DNA of 62,421 bases, the filler included, from Stramenopiles sp. TOSAG23-3 (lineage: Eukaryota): NCBI GenBank assembly GCA_900128585.1. It is 9 parts of 9 records of this genome, joined end to end, with 100 filler letters (N's around TTAATTAATTAA, not from the genome) between each part and the next. Parts side by side here need not be neighbours in the genome. Positions count along the whole stretch, not along the records: positions 9,600 to 19,096 come from LT642911.1; positions 19,197 to 28,690 come from LT642912.1; 7 more parts are not named here. One strand, given 5' to 3'. Under the pieces are notes generated by a model. That model had not been told where the DNA came from and searched no databases. It saw nothing but the letters and a program-made list of their open reading frames with translations. The translations under genes were made by a program, and so were the position numbers. Below are positions 10,168 to 21,501 of this stretch, in pieces. Every line of letters starts with the position of its first letter. The stretch's first letter is position 1.

Positions 10168-13100
10168 ATGTCGAGAAAGAACAAGTTGCAAGAAAAAAAT
10201 AAAATCGCCGTCTTGGAAAAGGAGCGCGACGAACTCCAAGGCGAACTTAGTTTGCTCGAAGAGCGTATGCTGGAACTCCAAGAAGACGTACAGGCAACCG
10301 ACGATGATATTAAGAACCGTTTGGAGCAGATAGATAGACGTTCAGAGGAGCTTATGTCCCAGAACGAAAAAATTAAAGCGCTAGATGATGAGAAGCTGCA
10401 GCTCGAAAAGAAGTTGTCTGGCGAGGTCCGGGACGACTCCAACCAGCAGCTCAACCTCCTCATGACAGAGCTGCAGGCAGTGAGCCAAGAGAAGGCCAGG
10501 CCAAAGAACTCTTCCGAAGCGGTTATGGGGGACTTAGTGACGATGGCAAAGCTGATGAGCCGTATGCAGTCGCGGGCAGAGATGATGAAGGGTAGAAATG
10601 ATATGATGGGTGACGAAGAGGCAATCATGCTGGAGTCGGAAGGGCGAAAAGGTTCGAGTACAGGTGGAGTCTTGAACGAGGTCAGGGTGTGGTACGGCCA
10701 CACGTCCTGTCTGTTCAAGGTCACCGAGAACCATACATTCAAGTTGCTATTGGACGAAGTGTTGACATACTGGAGCCTTGAGCCGTCGAAGAATGTCCTG
10801 GTCAACGAGAGCAACTTCGTGTGGCCGTTAAACGCAAGCGTCCGGGAGGTACTGGCGGGGGACACGGGGGACACGAAGATAAAAGTTTGGAATCGCGAAG
10901 CGGAGGCCGAGGCAAAGTTCAACTGGGTAAGCAACGACTCCAAAATGCAGGAAGATAGAAAAGTAGAAGAGCTCGCGCAGGCCCAGGAGAAGATGGTGGC
11001 AGATCTCTTGAACAGCGAGGAGAAGGAGGCGGAATTGGCGGTGGGCGGGTTTCTTTCCCAAAACAAAGAGAGCAAAGAGGCAGGCGGGAAGAAAGCGATG
11101 AACGAAGGGCACATTCCAGGAATGGACGTGACACGGTCCGTGGAAACCCAGATTTTGGGCCCCGGCGAGTCGATCAAGATACACCGCAGCCAGGTCGACA
11201 TTATGCGGTATGTGCGGATGGTCGTCTTCTTAGGGTTTGTCGTCCTGTCGTCCCAAATCCTCTTCATGCGGCGCAACGTGTTGTCCGCGTTCCGGATGCA
11301 CACGGCACTTAGCACGGTCTTCTTTGGTGCCGCACCCGTGAAGTCTCCCACGAAGCAAAAAACCGTAATGATGGGGGGACACTACGTGGGAGACCAGGGG
11401 ATGCGGATTATAAAAGACCAGGAGACTTTCCTGCTAGATTACGATAAGATGTCGTCGCTGTCAGAATTCTGGCTGTGGCTGGAAGGCCCATATCGCGCCG
11501 CCGTGCTGGGGCTGAGAAACGGCACCGCGGTGTCGACTGCCGATGTCGACGTCTCGCAGGGCCAAACCTCCGCCGTAGGCAGCAACGAAACTAACTACAT
11601 CCTTCGGCACAACATCGTTGTCGGTCGCGCACGGCTTCGGCAATTCCGTTCCAATGTTCGTGGGTGCGTGAAGGCTGAAATTTTAGACGTGTTCCAAGCG
11701 CCGTGCATCAGCGATTCCAAAGATAGCAACATGGACAAAGGGATAGAGACGACCGATGATTGCATGAGCCGTGGGCGGGAAAAGTACGAGTGCGTGGTAA
11801 CGATCGACGATAACGACCAAGTGGTATACGAGGTGGTAACGGTTGACAGTTCGGGATTTTTCAATTTAAAAGACGCAGGTGGCTCGACGTTGAACAAGGT
11901 CCCTCGGTACAGGATTTCAAATACCTCTTGGCCCCAAATGCGGATTGCATCATTGCCTTCCCGGTACCATCTGTACAATAAGACGAAAGGGTTCACGTAC
12001 AATTCTGACTTGCAAAAAAAGCACGACAAGCAGACGTACTACTCGATGGCGCTGACGTATTTTTCGAGCTACACTGGGGCGGGCTACACCGCGGATGTGT
12101 CTTTGAAGCAGGAACAGTTTGACGATGAAATTGGGACCCTGAAGAGGAATATGTGGATCGACAGCAATACCAGAGCAGTCGAAATTGTTACGAACGTGTA
12201 CAACCCGAGCACGGATTATTTTGCTGTGATAACAGCTCTGGTGGAGTTCCCGGCCAGTGGCAGTGTTCGAGCGTCAAGGTCCATCAAAGTAGTACGACTG
12301 CAGGATGATTGGCGCTTAACCGACCAGGCCAGGTCAGCCATGGAATTGGGCTTGATTGGTCTCGTTGGGTTCATTTTCTTGGACTTGGCACATTTGTGGT
12401 TTTTGGAAGTAAGTCTTCCCGCAGATGAGTACGATCTGGCCGTGAGAGATTTATACGACACGGACGCACGACGACGAAAAGAACGCCGTGAGCGTCGTAT
12501 GATGAAAACCAAAAGGAACACTGTCGAAGAAGTGACCGCCTCAATCCCCGTGCGCTTGAAACGGGCGTTCAAGGTACTGCTCACGCCGTGGCGCATCATG
12601 GATCTAGTGATCATATCCTTCTTTCTTACCCAAAGAATCATTCGGAACGGTTATTTGACGTTCAACAGCAACACATTAAACCCTGGTGTCTTTGACGGCT
12701 CCGAGTATACGGACTTTACCCAGGAAGTTATCCAATTTAAATTGAGCATCAACATTGATTGTGTTTTGGTCTTTCTGGCGACGCTGAAAGTGTTTAAATA
12801 CTTCAGCTACAACCCGAACATTTCCATGGTCTGGATTGTGCTGCAGCGCGCTACGGTGACCTTTATCCATTCGTTTTACGTGTTTTTTGTGTACTTGTCC
12901 GTCTTCACGTTTGCTGGGTATATCATTTTTGGGACCAAAGACGAGAAATTCATGGCGTACGATGTGGCCTACAACCAAGTGCTGTCCATGTTGGCGGGGA
13001 ACTTTAACTACGGCAACATGGCCGAGTCAAGCCCTTGGCTTGCACCGATGTACTACGTCGCGGTGTGCACGTTCGGGTATTTGTTTCTAAAGAATGTGTT

Positions 13101-13299
13101 CATAGCAATTATCAACGACGAATACTACCGGATGGCAGCCGACGTGCGGGAAAACGGTTACTACTGGATCAGGAGCGAAGCTGACTTTTTGATCGACGAA
13201 CAGCGCAAGAAGCAAGAGGAGCTGAAGAAATTCAGTGCAAGGGGAGGCAATTTTGGGGGGTCTTCCGCTGTGCTATTGAACGACAACAGGGTCGGATGA
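10168..13299 (+). CDS. Polycystin-2 (PKD2/TRPP)-like cation channel with N-terminal coiled coil
   Basis: S1, then a large TOP domain (RARLRQFRS, YTGAGY, WIDSNTRAV, YNPS, VEFPASG), S2-S6, pore LAGNFNY and NVFIAIINDEY. ATG at 10168. Confidence 0.92.
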   Translation: MSRKNKLQEKNKIAVLEKERDELQGELSLLEERMLELQEDVQATDDDIKNRLEQIDRRSEELMSQNEKIKALDDEKLQLEKKLSGEVRDDSNQQLNLLMTELQAVSQEKARPKNSSEAVMGDLVTMAKLMSRMQSRAEMMKGRNDMMGDEEAIMLESEGRKGSSTGGVLNEVRVWYGHTSCLFKVTENHTFKLLLDEVLTYWSLEPSKNVLVNESNFVWPLNASVREVLAGDTGDTKIKVWNREAEAEAKFNWVSNDSKMQEDRKVEELAQAQEKMVADLLNSEEKEAELAVGGFLSQNKESKEAGGKKAMNEGHIPGMDVTRSVETQILGPGESIKIHRSQVDIMRYVRMVVFLGFVVLSSQILFMRRNVLSAFRMHTALSTVFFGAAPVKSPTKQKTVMMGGHYVGDQGMRIIKDQETFLLDYDKMSSLSEFWLWLEGPYRAAVLGLRNGTAVSTADVDVSQGQTSAVGSNETNYILRHNIVVGRARLRQFRSNVRGCVKAEILDVFQAPCISDSKDSNMDKGIETTDDCMSRGREKYECVVTIDDNDQVVYEVVTVDSSGFFNLKDAGGSTLNKVPRYRISNTSWPQMRIASLPSRYHLYNKTKGFTYNSDLQKKHDKQTYYSMALTYFSSYTGAGYTADVSLKQEQFDDEIGTLKRNMWIDSNTRAVEIVTNVYNPSTDYFAVITALVEFPASGSVRASRSIKVVRLQDDWRLTDQARSAMELGLIGLVGFIFLDLAHLWFLEVSLPADEYDLAVRDLYDTDARRRKERRERRMMKTKRNTVEEVTASIPVRLKRAFKVLLTPWRIMDLVIISFFLTQRIIRNGYLTFNSNTLNPGVFDGSEYTDFTQEVIQFKLSINIDCVLVFLATLKVFKYFSYNPNISMVWIVLQRATVTFIHSFYVFFVYLSVFTFAGYIIFGTKDEKFMAYDVAYNQVLSMLAGNFNYGNMAESSPWLAPMYYVAVCTFGYLFLKNVFIAIINDEYYRMAADVRENGYYWIRSEADFLIDEQRKKQEELKKFSARGGNFGGSSAVLLNDNRVG

Positions 13300-13451
13300 T
13301 CGAATGATGCGCCGATGCAAGGGTGCATGATGTGTTATCATGCCTCTCCGATACAAATGTATCGCGTGCATTCTGTATTTCATATACAAATGTATCGTAA
13401 CATACTATATATTTTGGTTTAATGTATCGCCTGCATTCTGTATTTCATTAT

Positions 13452-13524
13452 TGTTATTTAAGTAATTAAATTTAGCTTCCTCAAAATTTTAATTACTTAA
13501 ATAACAGCCAATTTTCTTGTTTTT
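13452..13524. repeat. Inverted pair of the dispersed 3'-intergenic element (hairpin-forming)
   Basis: TGTTATTTAAGTAATTAAA ... TTTAATTACTTAAATAACA inverted arms, followed by GCCAATTTTCTTGTTTTT. Confidence 0.9.
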
Positions 13525-13578
13525 GATTAGTTAGTTTGTCTTTCTGGGTAAGAGATGGAAGGTGCGACTTTCTGCGCA

Positions 13579-14193
13579 TCAAGATCTAGAGGTGCCACCT
13601 CGCCGCACTGACTTCGTTTTCCAGCCGCTGTAAATTCCTGTATGAAACAACGATGGATCTGGGCGCACCCACTCTTTCGTCTTTGGGTCTTGATACAATG
13701 ATATGGAAGACGTCTTCCGTTTTAACCTCCCTGTTTCCGGATTAGCCGACTGATACTTCCGTTTGTTCTCCTCTTCCTTCCCCGTCAAAAAAACTCCCAA
13801 GAACAGGAGCGGCAATCCCACCAACAGTATCGACTTTGGGCGACTGACGGTTTCAAAAATGTGGAGGTTGCGGGCTGTTTTTCGACCTTGTTCCCTCACT
13901 ATTTTCTGATTTTCTCGCTCTAGGGGATTGTATCTTAAGTCAACCCGGTGGGGTGTTGCTACGGTGGCGTTACGTGTGGAGTCGTAGAGATTTTTGGTAG
14001 ACAAATCTTTTAATACGTCGTACGCGTCCTGAACCTCCTTGAATCTGTCGGCTGCATCGCCCACCTTCGACACATCTGGGTGAACTCTTTTTGCAAGCTT
14101 CCTGTAACCAGACTGAATTTCTTCCTTTGATGCACTACTATCTAACCCTAAAATTTTGTAATAATCTTTCGAAAAGTCGACATTTTTCTTCAT
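13579..14193 (-). CDS. DnaJ (J-domain) protein with a C-terminal TM segment
   Basis: [30 protein letters not shown]. Hydrophobic stretch [15 protein letters not shown]. An upstream exon is possible (CTGCAG just before the ATG). Confidence 0.9.
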   Translation of the reverse strand: MKKNVDFSKDYYKILGLDSSASKEEIQSGYRKLAKRVHPDVSKVGDAADRFKEVQDAYDVLKDLSTKNLYDSTRNATVATPHRVDLRYNPLERENQKIVREQGRKTARNLHIFETVSRPKSILLVGLPLLFLGVFLTGKEEENKRKYQSANPETGRLKRKTSSISLYQDPKTKEWVRPDPSLFHTGIYSGWKTKSVRRGGTSRS

Positions 14194-14865
14194 GTTCCTG
14201 CAGGTTTTATTTCATTCCAGGCAAACCGTGATCCCCGTTCGTTTTCAGAAACAGGCTACAACCGGTCCTCTAAAAACTTGCGTCTGGTTCAACCGGGCAC
14301 ACGGTGTCGGCAGGAATCTGTGAAATGACGCACAGAATTGTTAAGTTGTTTGCAACAGTGCAACCAATGTTTATATATGTGCGATACTCACTTCAATAAT
14401 GTAAAGAGTTTTGGTGACGAACCTTCTTCGTTCGAAGAACAACAACAACAACAAAAACAAAAACAAAAAAATCATCATCATCAATAATCATCAAAATTCC
14501 ATAGTAGTCGTATAATAATAAATTCCGATAACAACAGCAGGCGCACACAATTACGATCGTCGAATTGAATAATACTTTGAGAAAAATCATCAACAACAAG
14601 GAGGGAGGAGGGCACAGTTGCACAGTTGCGATCATTTTGTTTTGAGAGCAATTTATAGACGACTACATAACATAGACTATGGCTACACATTATCAATATC
14701 ACAAGAGAGACGAAACATTGCGATGCAAGTATCATCTACGTATGGCGCGGAAATTACCGTAAAAGTGTTATATTATATACTGATTTTAAAAAAAAATTAT
14801 ATAGTATGTGTTTTAAAACTCTCATTTTATATCAATTACTAGTTCAGTTTCAGTTTCTAAATATT

Positions 14866-16240
14866 TTAAATTTCCCCTTCAATAAGCTCAATAACAGAAC
14901 CAATCGTCCCAAGAATAGAGAAACAAAGACCGCCCCAAAGCAGACCATAGCAGCACAGTCCGTACAACAGCGGCGATAGTTTCAGGTTTTCGCATGCCAT
15001 GTAACCCGGGAGAACTAAGCCGAGTACGCCTAGGCAAGGGTACCCAATTAATGCCATGAAAGTTCCGAAGTCCTTGAGAAAAATACCACAGACCGTCGTA
15101 AAGGTGACAAGAAGGAAACGCACCATGTAAAAAGACGTGGAGGACTCCACCTTGCTCGTGAGATTGGAAATGCTGCGGTCTATTGTCTGTGCCAAAGGAA
15201 ACATTTGAAATGGGAACGTGCACCTGTCATGGTTTAATAAAATGGATCACATGTTAGAAACATATGGTTGTGTGTCGAAAGAGAGAGAAGCGCGAAAAAA
15301 CTTACAGAATGTACAAAACCAGGGCGATCCTAGAGCCAGTCCCGTTGACGCTGTTCACTGGAATGTCCTTTGTGATTACCGACTTGGTGGAAACCCCAAA
15401 CGATAGTGCTCCAAATATTCCAAACAAAGCGTACAGGGCGAGAACAGACACAATAGCTATGTTCAACACACTTGGAAAATGCTCCGGCTCCCTCATCGAG
15501 GCCATCAGTGCTGGGATCACGGTGATGCTCTCCATTGCAAACGTGGCAATACCAACGGTGACAATCATCCCCCCCATCTCCAGAGGGGGCATATCATTCG
15601 GAAATGTAGGGTTGTTGAATCCGTAATTCAATACAAAAATAATCCCGACAAACAAAAGCACCAACCCCATCATCGCTGCCCACAGGAGGCTCTTTAAATT
15701 CTTCACGAAAGACAACGAGAGTACAAACGGGTACACGGACAAGACGATGACCCACCGAGGAACGGACACGGAGTACAGGCTCCCGGTCAAATTGTTCGTG
15801 ATGAAAATCACGTACGCAATACAGACGCCAAGTTGACCGACGACGATCGCCCACCAAGCACTCCGCCTTGCCCAAACACCGCCTGCAAGCTGTGCAATAT
15901 CCGTGTACTCCAGATATTTCCGTTTGCTGTACTCCTTATGCTTCGCTGCCACCGCTCTCATTTCTAGCCCAACCTGAATGCACATATGCATACCAAACCC
16001 AGTTGCCAATGAGACAGTAAAGCAAGCAATCAGCCCGCCAAGCCAACCCGATTTCCGAAAAGCATAAGGAAATCCCAAAATCCCGGCACCTAATGAACAC
16101 TTGAGGGTATTTAAAACCGCTTCTGGGAAGCTAACATCGCTTTCCAAGGAGTGACCGTGCGCGGCGGCACCCCCATCGCTGGTTTCACCGGACGACCGGA
16201 CGAGGGGTTCAGTCTCGATAGCTGCTGCTTCTTCAGACAT
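14866..16240 (-). CDS. Amino-acid transporter, Aa_trans (SLC36/AVT-like) family; two exons (16240-15306, 15223-14866)
   Basis: LKCSLGAGILGFPYAFRKSGW and GIATFAMES motifs, multiple TM helices. An 82-nt GTAAG...ACAG intron at 15305-15224 joins YIL-CTFPFQMFP in frame. Confidence 0.92.
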
Positions 16241-16804
16241 AATCTCCACACTTATTATCAAAAGTGAGATTATGGCATACAAAAATCTTAAGTCACTTGC
16301 GTGAGCACATGGAGCATTCCGATATAGATCATACTTTATATGAACATAAGAACTTAACGTACATAATAATAGACGGCTATACGTATATATTTTTTTCCAA
16401 CTCTATATTGATGCCAATAAATTTATTATTTACTATGTAGGAAGTGCTGGAGAGGTTGGAGGAGAAAAGGGAAGAGGATGGATGCTTCATTTTATTACCT
16501 GGTACGAAATGCAAGTCAATACTATCTTTATATATTAAAGAATCCCAACGATCAAGTTGTGGATGATATCACAGAATACGTCGACTACTTACAGTGAACC
16601 ATAGATATCAAGGAATGACCTCTACTCAGAAATGAAGCAATGAGAGAGAAGGACATCATGGTCCAAGAACAGTGAGAGTCGATTCAACAAAACCGTTCTC
16701 GTTGTCGTGGAAAACACGGAGAAAGGTTTGTAGAGTAATTTAATAAGTACATTACGAGGATCTTTATTATTATTACGTCGTTCTTCTACTACGAGTAGAT
16801 AGAG

Positions 16805-16909
16805 AGAAGAAAAGAAAAAGAAAAAGAAAGAAAAAGAAAAAGAAAAAAAAAAAAAAGAAAAAGAAAAAGAAAAAGAAAAAGAAAAAAAAGAAAAAGAAAA
16901 AGAAAAGAA
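16805..16909. repeat. (GAAAAA)n purine-rich simple repeat
   Basis: Direct inspection. Confidence 0.9.
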
Positions 16910-17430
16910 GGGAAAATTTTTACGAGGAGAAGAAGAGGAGATAATAGTAGAAGGACAATAAAATAGTCTATAAATTATGGTGATCACTGAGTGGACTGAG
17001 GATCATTCATCTCAAAAAGGATTACGATCGTCCAGATTCCCCTTCCTTTCTTCACTTCGTATTATACTTTTATCCGTACTTCGTATTATTATGTACAATA
17101 ATACTGGTGGTGCCCTACGACGGTGGTGGTTGTCAGCGCAACATCAAAAAAGCAGCAGCAGAGGAGGAGGAGTACGAGGAGTAAGTAATAAATAATTATT
17201 TATTATTATATGTAGTAACTATATAATTAGACACTCTAATAATTATTATTATTACTTTCTTCAAAGAAGAAGAAATATGTGTTGAACAAAAATAATAATA
17301 CGTGAAATAAATAAAAACAGAATTCATGGATGAGGAAAGTAATCGGTGTAAATTTGGAGGTACTTTGATCACATTTTTTTGTTCCGTTTAGGCTAGCGTA
17401 TAGAAATCATTTCCCTTAATAATAATAGAT

Positions 17431-18633
17431 ATGAGTACAGTCCAAGTTCCAGACGTTCGCGTCACTGTAGGCACTTACGAAGGTTGGCTTTATGGTTGGG
17501 AGCACGACAACGGGGCGAAAGGAAACGTAGAGGAACCCGGAGCAGGCTCAGAAGTTCATTCAAGCGCGTTGTCTAATTTTATGCCAAAGTCAGGTCCCCG
17601 CTTGGATGACGGTGGCATGTCTCTCGTGTTTGCTTTGGAAGCCCACGTCGGTGTCGTGCGTTGCGCCACTTTGATGGAAGCAAAAGGGGGGGATTTGTTG
17701 GCAACTGGCGGCGAAGACGAGTCCATACGAATTTACAACTTGAAGAAACGGCGGGAGGTAGGAGAGCTTGTGCAGCATACGGGCGGGATAACTTCGCTGA
17801 AATTTGTCGGAAAAAAGCACCTGCTGAGTGCTAGTGAAGACAAAAGCCTGCGAATATGGAGGGTAAGTGACTGGGCTTGCGTCCACGTGCTAGGGGGGCA
17901 CAAAGCTGGAATAACCTCACTGGCGGTGCATCCCAGCGGCAGACTGGCGTTGAGCGGGTCCAAAGACAAGACTATGAGGCTGTGGAACCTATTGGAAGGA
18001 AGGTGTGCGTATATTTCTCGATTCAAAGAGGTCCCTGAAAATATTGTATGGTCTCCTTCTGGAGGGTCTTACGCCGTCCTTTTTCGCTCCAAAATATTAG
18101 TCTACCGAACAGGAGACGGCGAGATCACTGCAAAGAGAGAGTGCAAAGGTCGCATCCAAGACGTGCTTTTTCTGTCGGAAGAGCAAATAGTATATTCAAG
18201 CGTATTCGGGGTGCTGTCGGTGTGGCTGCATACCGAGGAAAATGACGAGAAGAATGTTGTTGACCTTTCCATAGGCGTGAGCGAGCGCATTCGGACCTTA
18301 CAGAAGTTAGACAACAGCAGTACAGTGGTCTCTGCGACCACCAACGGCCTCGTCCACGTGTGGGATATACCGCATGACGTGTCCGAAAGCACGAAGCCGT
18401 TAGCGTGCTTGGAAAAGATTGTAGCCACGGGGTCTCGAATAACGTGCATTACTGCGGCGCTACGCAAAAGTCCGCAAACCAAGGAGACAGATTCGGCACC
18501 ACCAAAACGACAGGAGAGCAATGCGGGAACGCCAGATGAAAAGCACAAGAAGAAGAAGAAAAAGAAGAAGAAAAGGAAGAGCAGCGCGGCAGAAGGAGAC
18601 GTCGGCCACGACGGCAAGAAAGTGAAAAGGTGA
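17431..18633 (+). CDS. PAK1IP1: PAK1IP1/Mak11-like WD40 ribosome-biogenesis protein
   Basis: VGTYEGWLYG N-terminus, LATGGEDESIRIYNL, VHPSGRLALS, LWNLLEGR, RITCI and a Lys-rich tail. Confidence 0.85.
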   Translation: MSTVQVPDVRVTVGTYEGWLYGWEHDNGAKGNVEEPGAGSEVHSSALSNFMPKSGPRLDDGGMSLVFALEAHVGVVRCATLMEAKGGDLLATGGEDESIRIYNLKKRREVGELVQHTGGITSLKFVGKKHLLSASEDKSLRIWRVSDWACVHVLGGHKAGITSLAVHPSGRLALSGSKDKTMRLWNLLEGRCAYISRFKEVPENIVWSPSGGSYAVLFRSKILVYRTGDGEITAKRECKGRIQDVLFLSEEQIVYSSVFGVLSVWLHTEENDEKNVVDLSIGVSERIRTLQKLDNSSTVVSATTNGLVHVWDIPHDVSESTKPLACLEKIVATGSRITCITAALRKSPQTKETDSAPPKRQESNAGTPDEKHKKKKKKKKKRKSSAAEGDVGHDGKKVKR

Positions 18634-18860
18634 AGAAGTTGTGTGGAGAGGTGAAAGAGACAAGTATTTCTACACCACCACACTCTAGTAATCTTACATC
18701 ATATCATGTAAAGCATACTATATAAATTTGTTTTTCATATATCAATGTAAACTTACACTCGGTACCACTACTGATTAATATATATAATTTAATAATTTTG
18801 AAAGTTTCGTACGAGTAGCATAAACTTTTTTTCATTTATCATACTTCTTTTTTATCTGAT

Positions 18861-19096
18861 TTATTCCTTTCCGTCAAAATCATCGGGTATATCCCATACA
18901 GACATTCCTGTTTCCCTGTTATAGAAAAATACAGTACCTGAACTATCTGTTTTCTTCTTCCACTTTGCCTTCTTTTTGACAGGTTTTTTGTCGTCATCTG
19001 AATCGTACTCATCCTTCGCCTTCCGTTCGGCCCGAATGCGCTCTCTTTCCTCTTCTTCGGGACTCTTTATTCCCTCAAAGTTTGCTGCTAATTTTG
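18861..19096 (-). CDS. 3' end of a gene with a C-terminal WW domain (5'-truncated by contig end)
   Basis: Manual translation ...KWKKKTDSSGTVFFYNRETGMSVWDIPDDFDGKE* matches the WW consensus W-x-G-x-(F/Y)(F/Y)N-x-TG-x-S-x-W-x-x-P. The frame is open to the contig edge. Absent from the ORF track. Confidence 0.85.
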
Positions 19097-20078
19097 NNNN
19101 NNNNNNNNNNNNNNNNNNNNNNNNNNNNNNNNNNNNNNNNTTAATTAATTAANNNNNNNNNNNNNNNNNNNNNNNNNNNNNNNNNNNNNNNNNNNNGTTC
19201 CCCGTGATAGTGCGACTACTGTCATGAGTTTTCTTATCAAGCGAACGAGGAAGCGTTTAAACAGGACATAAAAAAATAAAACACCGAAAGAACATAATAC
19301 AGGTGCAGTTAAAATAAATTTTCAGTGGTTCAAAAGGAGGTAAAGGAGGTGCGTCAAATAGTGTGTGGAAAATACGTAAACGAGTGTATATATTATACAT
19401 GCATTTTAATACTGCGAGGACTATTATTATTCCTCGTCGTACGCACAACAAATGTGTGTTTTATTTTTTTCGCGAAAAAATTTATTATTATAATATTTTA
19501 TACGAATATATCATCGAGAGAGAGTCTCTCTTATTCCACTTATATCTTTATGTATATAAATGGAATAAATAATCACACATGATCACATACATGTCCGTTT
19601 TATTTAGATTTAGACGACGACGGCTAAAAAAGGAATGCCGAATGCCCGCCGCGCAGAGATGATGCGTTTGATGCTGTGTTGATGTTATATAATAGTAGTT
19701 AGTTATATTAAATCGAAGTAGTAGTAGTCTCTATTATTACCCCTAGTCTAATAATAGCCTGGACTGTTATAAATATAGAAAGAAAAAAACACCACGACCC
19801 GTACCTTCTCTTTCAATATAATATTAATATAGGCACAGTATGGGAATATTAATATAAAGAAGATGATTTTGTTTGCTGTTGTGTTGTTGTTGTATTTTAA
19901 TTTATTTTCTTCTTGTGGTGTTCTTCTTCTTCTGTCTCTATATTATCATTTCAAAATCTTGACACTTTTTTGTTCTTTGTTGTTTTCTATGTTACATACT
20001 AAAAAAACGGATTCCTTTAAATCCCAGCATACACAGAAAGAAACGAACATAGATAGCATAACAAATTTAGCAACTCCC

Positions 20079-20966
20079 ATGTCTGATATACGATTCCTTC
20101 TCCGAAAGGGCCCAAAGACTGCCAATCTACAAATGCACGGCGCTCTCGCTGACCCTGGATGGGACGACCCTGTGATGGTTGCACAATGTTCTGAAGTTGC
20201 TCGGCCAGGGTATGACTCCGTTCAAGCCCATGAATACCTCGACACACCTCGCACACTGAAACTGAAGGTGAAATTACTAGCAAAAATGCTGAAGAAAAGT
20301 AGTGCCACTGTGCTCTACACGGGAGCCGGCATATCAACTGCCAGTGGGACGCCAGACTATGCAAGCAAAGCAAAAAATTCCAAAGCCCCACATATTAAGA
20401 AACGAATCAGCAGCGGCAACCGCCTGTTGGCTCAGCCGACATACGCACACCACTGTTGTGCGGCGCTGCAAACGACAAAATCTGTTGGCATCTCCCACTG
20501 GTTGGAACAGAACCACGACCGCCTGGCGTTAAAAGCAGGGTTTCCGAAAAGCAAGCTGAATGAAATTCACGGCGCTTGGGGTGACATTAAAAATTCTGTG
20601 AAAATGATGGACGACAAACTACGGGGCGATTTGGTCGAGTGGATGTTGCACTGGGAGCAACATGCGACGTTGTGCATTGCTATGGGAACAAGTTTGTGCG
20701 GAATGTACGCCGATAGTGTAGCAGATGCATGCGCGGGAACGCCGGGGAAGTCTTTGGTAATTATAAACCTTCAGGCCACTCAGTACGATGCAACGTCAAG
20801 TCTGCGAATATGGGGGGTACTCGACGATGTGATGAAGAAGCTTGCAAAAGAGTTAAACCTTCGGGTTCCAAACATCAATGCGTTGCATGCAGGAAAAGAA
20901 TGGGAAAGTAAACACCCAAGGTGTCGTCATAACACATCCAAAAGAAAGCCAACTGATAAAAAGTAA
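20079..20966 (+). CDS. Sirtuin (SIR2 family, SIRT6/7-like) lacking the Zn-binding module
   Basis: YTGAGISTASGTPDY, QPTYAH, QNHDRL, EIHG, MGTSL and IINLQAT motifs. Start placed at MSDIRF because the upstream in-frame part is AT-rich UTR-like sequence. Confidence 0.88.
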   Translation: MSDIRFLLRKGPKTANLQMHGALADPGWDDPVMVAQCSEVARPGYDSVQAHEYLDTPRTLKLKVKLLAKMLKKSSATVLYTGAGISTASGTPDYASKAKNSKAPHIKKRISSGNRLLAQPTYAHHCCAALQTTKSVGISHWLEQNHDRLALKAGFPKSKLNEIHGAWGDIKNSVKMMDDKLRGDLVEWMLHWEQHATLCIAMGTSLCGMYADSVADACAGTPGKSLVIINLQATQYDATSSLRIWGVLDDVMKKLAKELNLRVPNINALHAGKEWESKHPRCRHNTSKRKPTDKK

Positions 20967-21501
20967 AGTAAAACATTTTACCTCGCGTAGTCTAATTATA
21001 ATAATAAAGAATAAAAAAAATTAACGTAGCAGCCAGCAGCCACACACCATAATAATTGATTTCATAAAAAAAAAAGTAGAAAGAAGAAGATGCCGCGAAA
21101 TGACACATACTCCATATATTTTAGATACTGCNNNNNNNNNNNNNNNNNNNATATCTGATATCTCTGTGATATCATCTGGTATCTGGTCATCTCGATCGAT
21201 CGATGATCCGTTATAAAAAATATATTTATTGTTTTATTATTATATATTTAAAAAAAAAAAGATATAATAAAAAAAAGAAGAAGAGAAGAATAAATGTGTA
21301 ATGATACCCATTGTAAGATTAATGTGTGTATACATAGAAGAGAAAAGACATAATACAATTAAGAAGGTGGTTATTCACACGAATCATTGAACAAACCATA
21401 CATTCAAATCTCAAAATTACACCACAGGGAAACGTTCATTTCCTTTTCCTAAAGAAATCATTTCTCTCCCATAATATATAGACGTTTAGAGAGACTGCAG
21501 G

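Noticed and set aside
10065-11351. Long antisense ORFs (also 1409..2470, 7184..8191, 7434..8354, 57956..58942)
   Set aside because: Shadow ORFs opposite GC-rich genes with clear family motifs; they carry no motifs of their own.
14194-14340. In-frame TGA codons upstream of the DnaJ gene as selenocysteine or readthrough
   Set aside because: TGA ends several genes here, no SECIS was recognised, and a UTR or intron ending at CTGCAG explains the region.
16540-16740. Coding-like stretch with several TGA stops
   Set aside because: Too short and degenerate to assign a frame or family.
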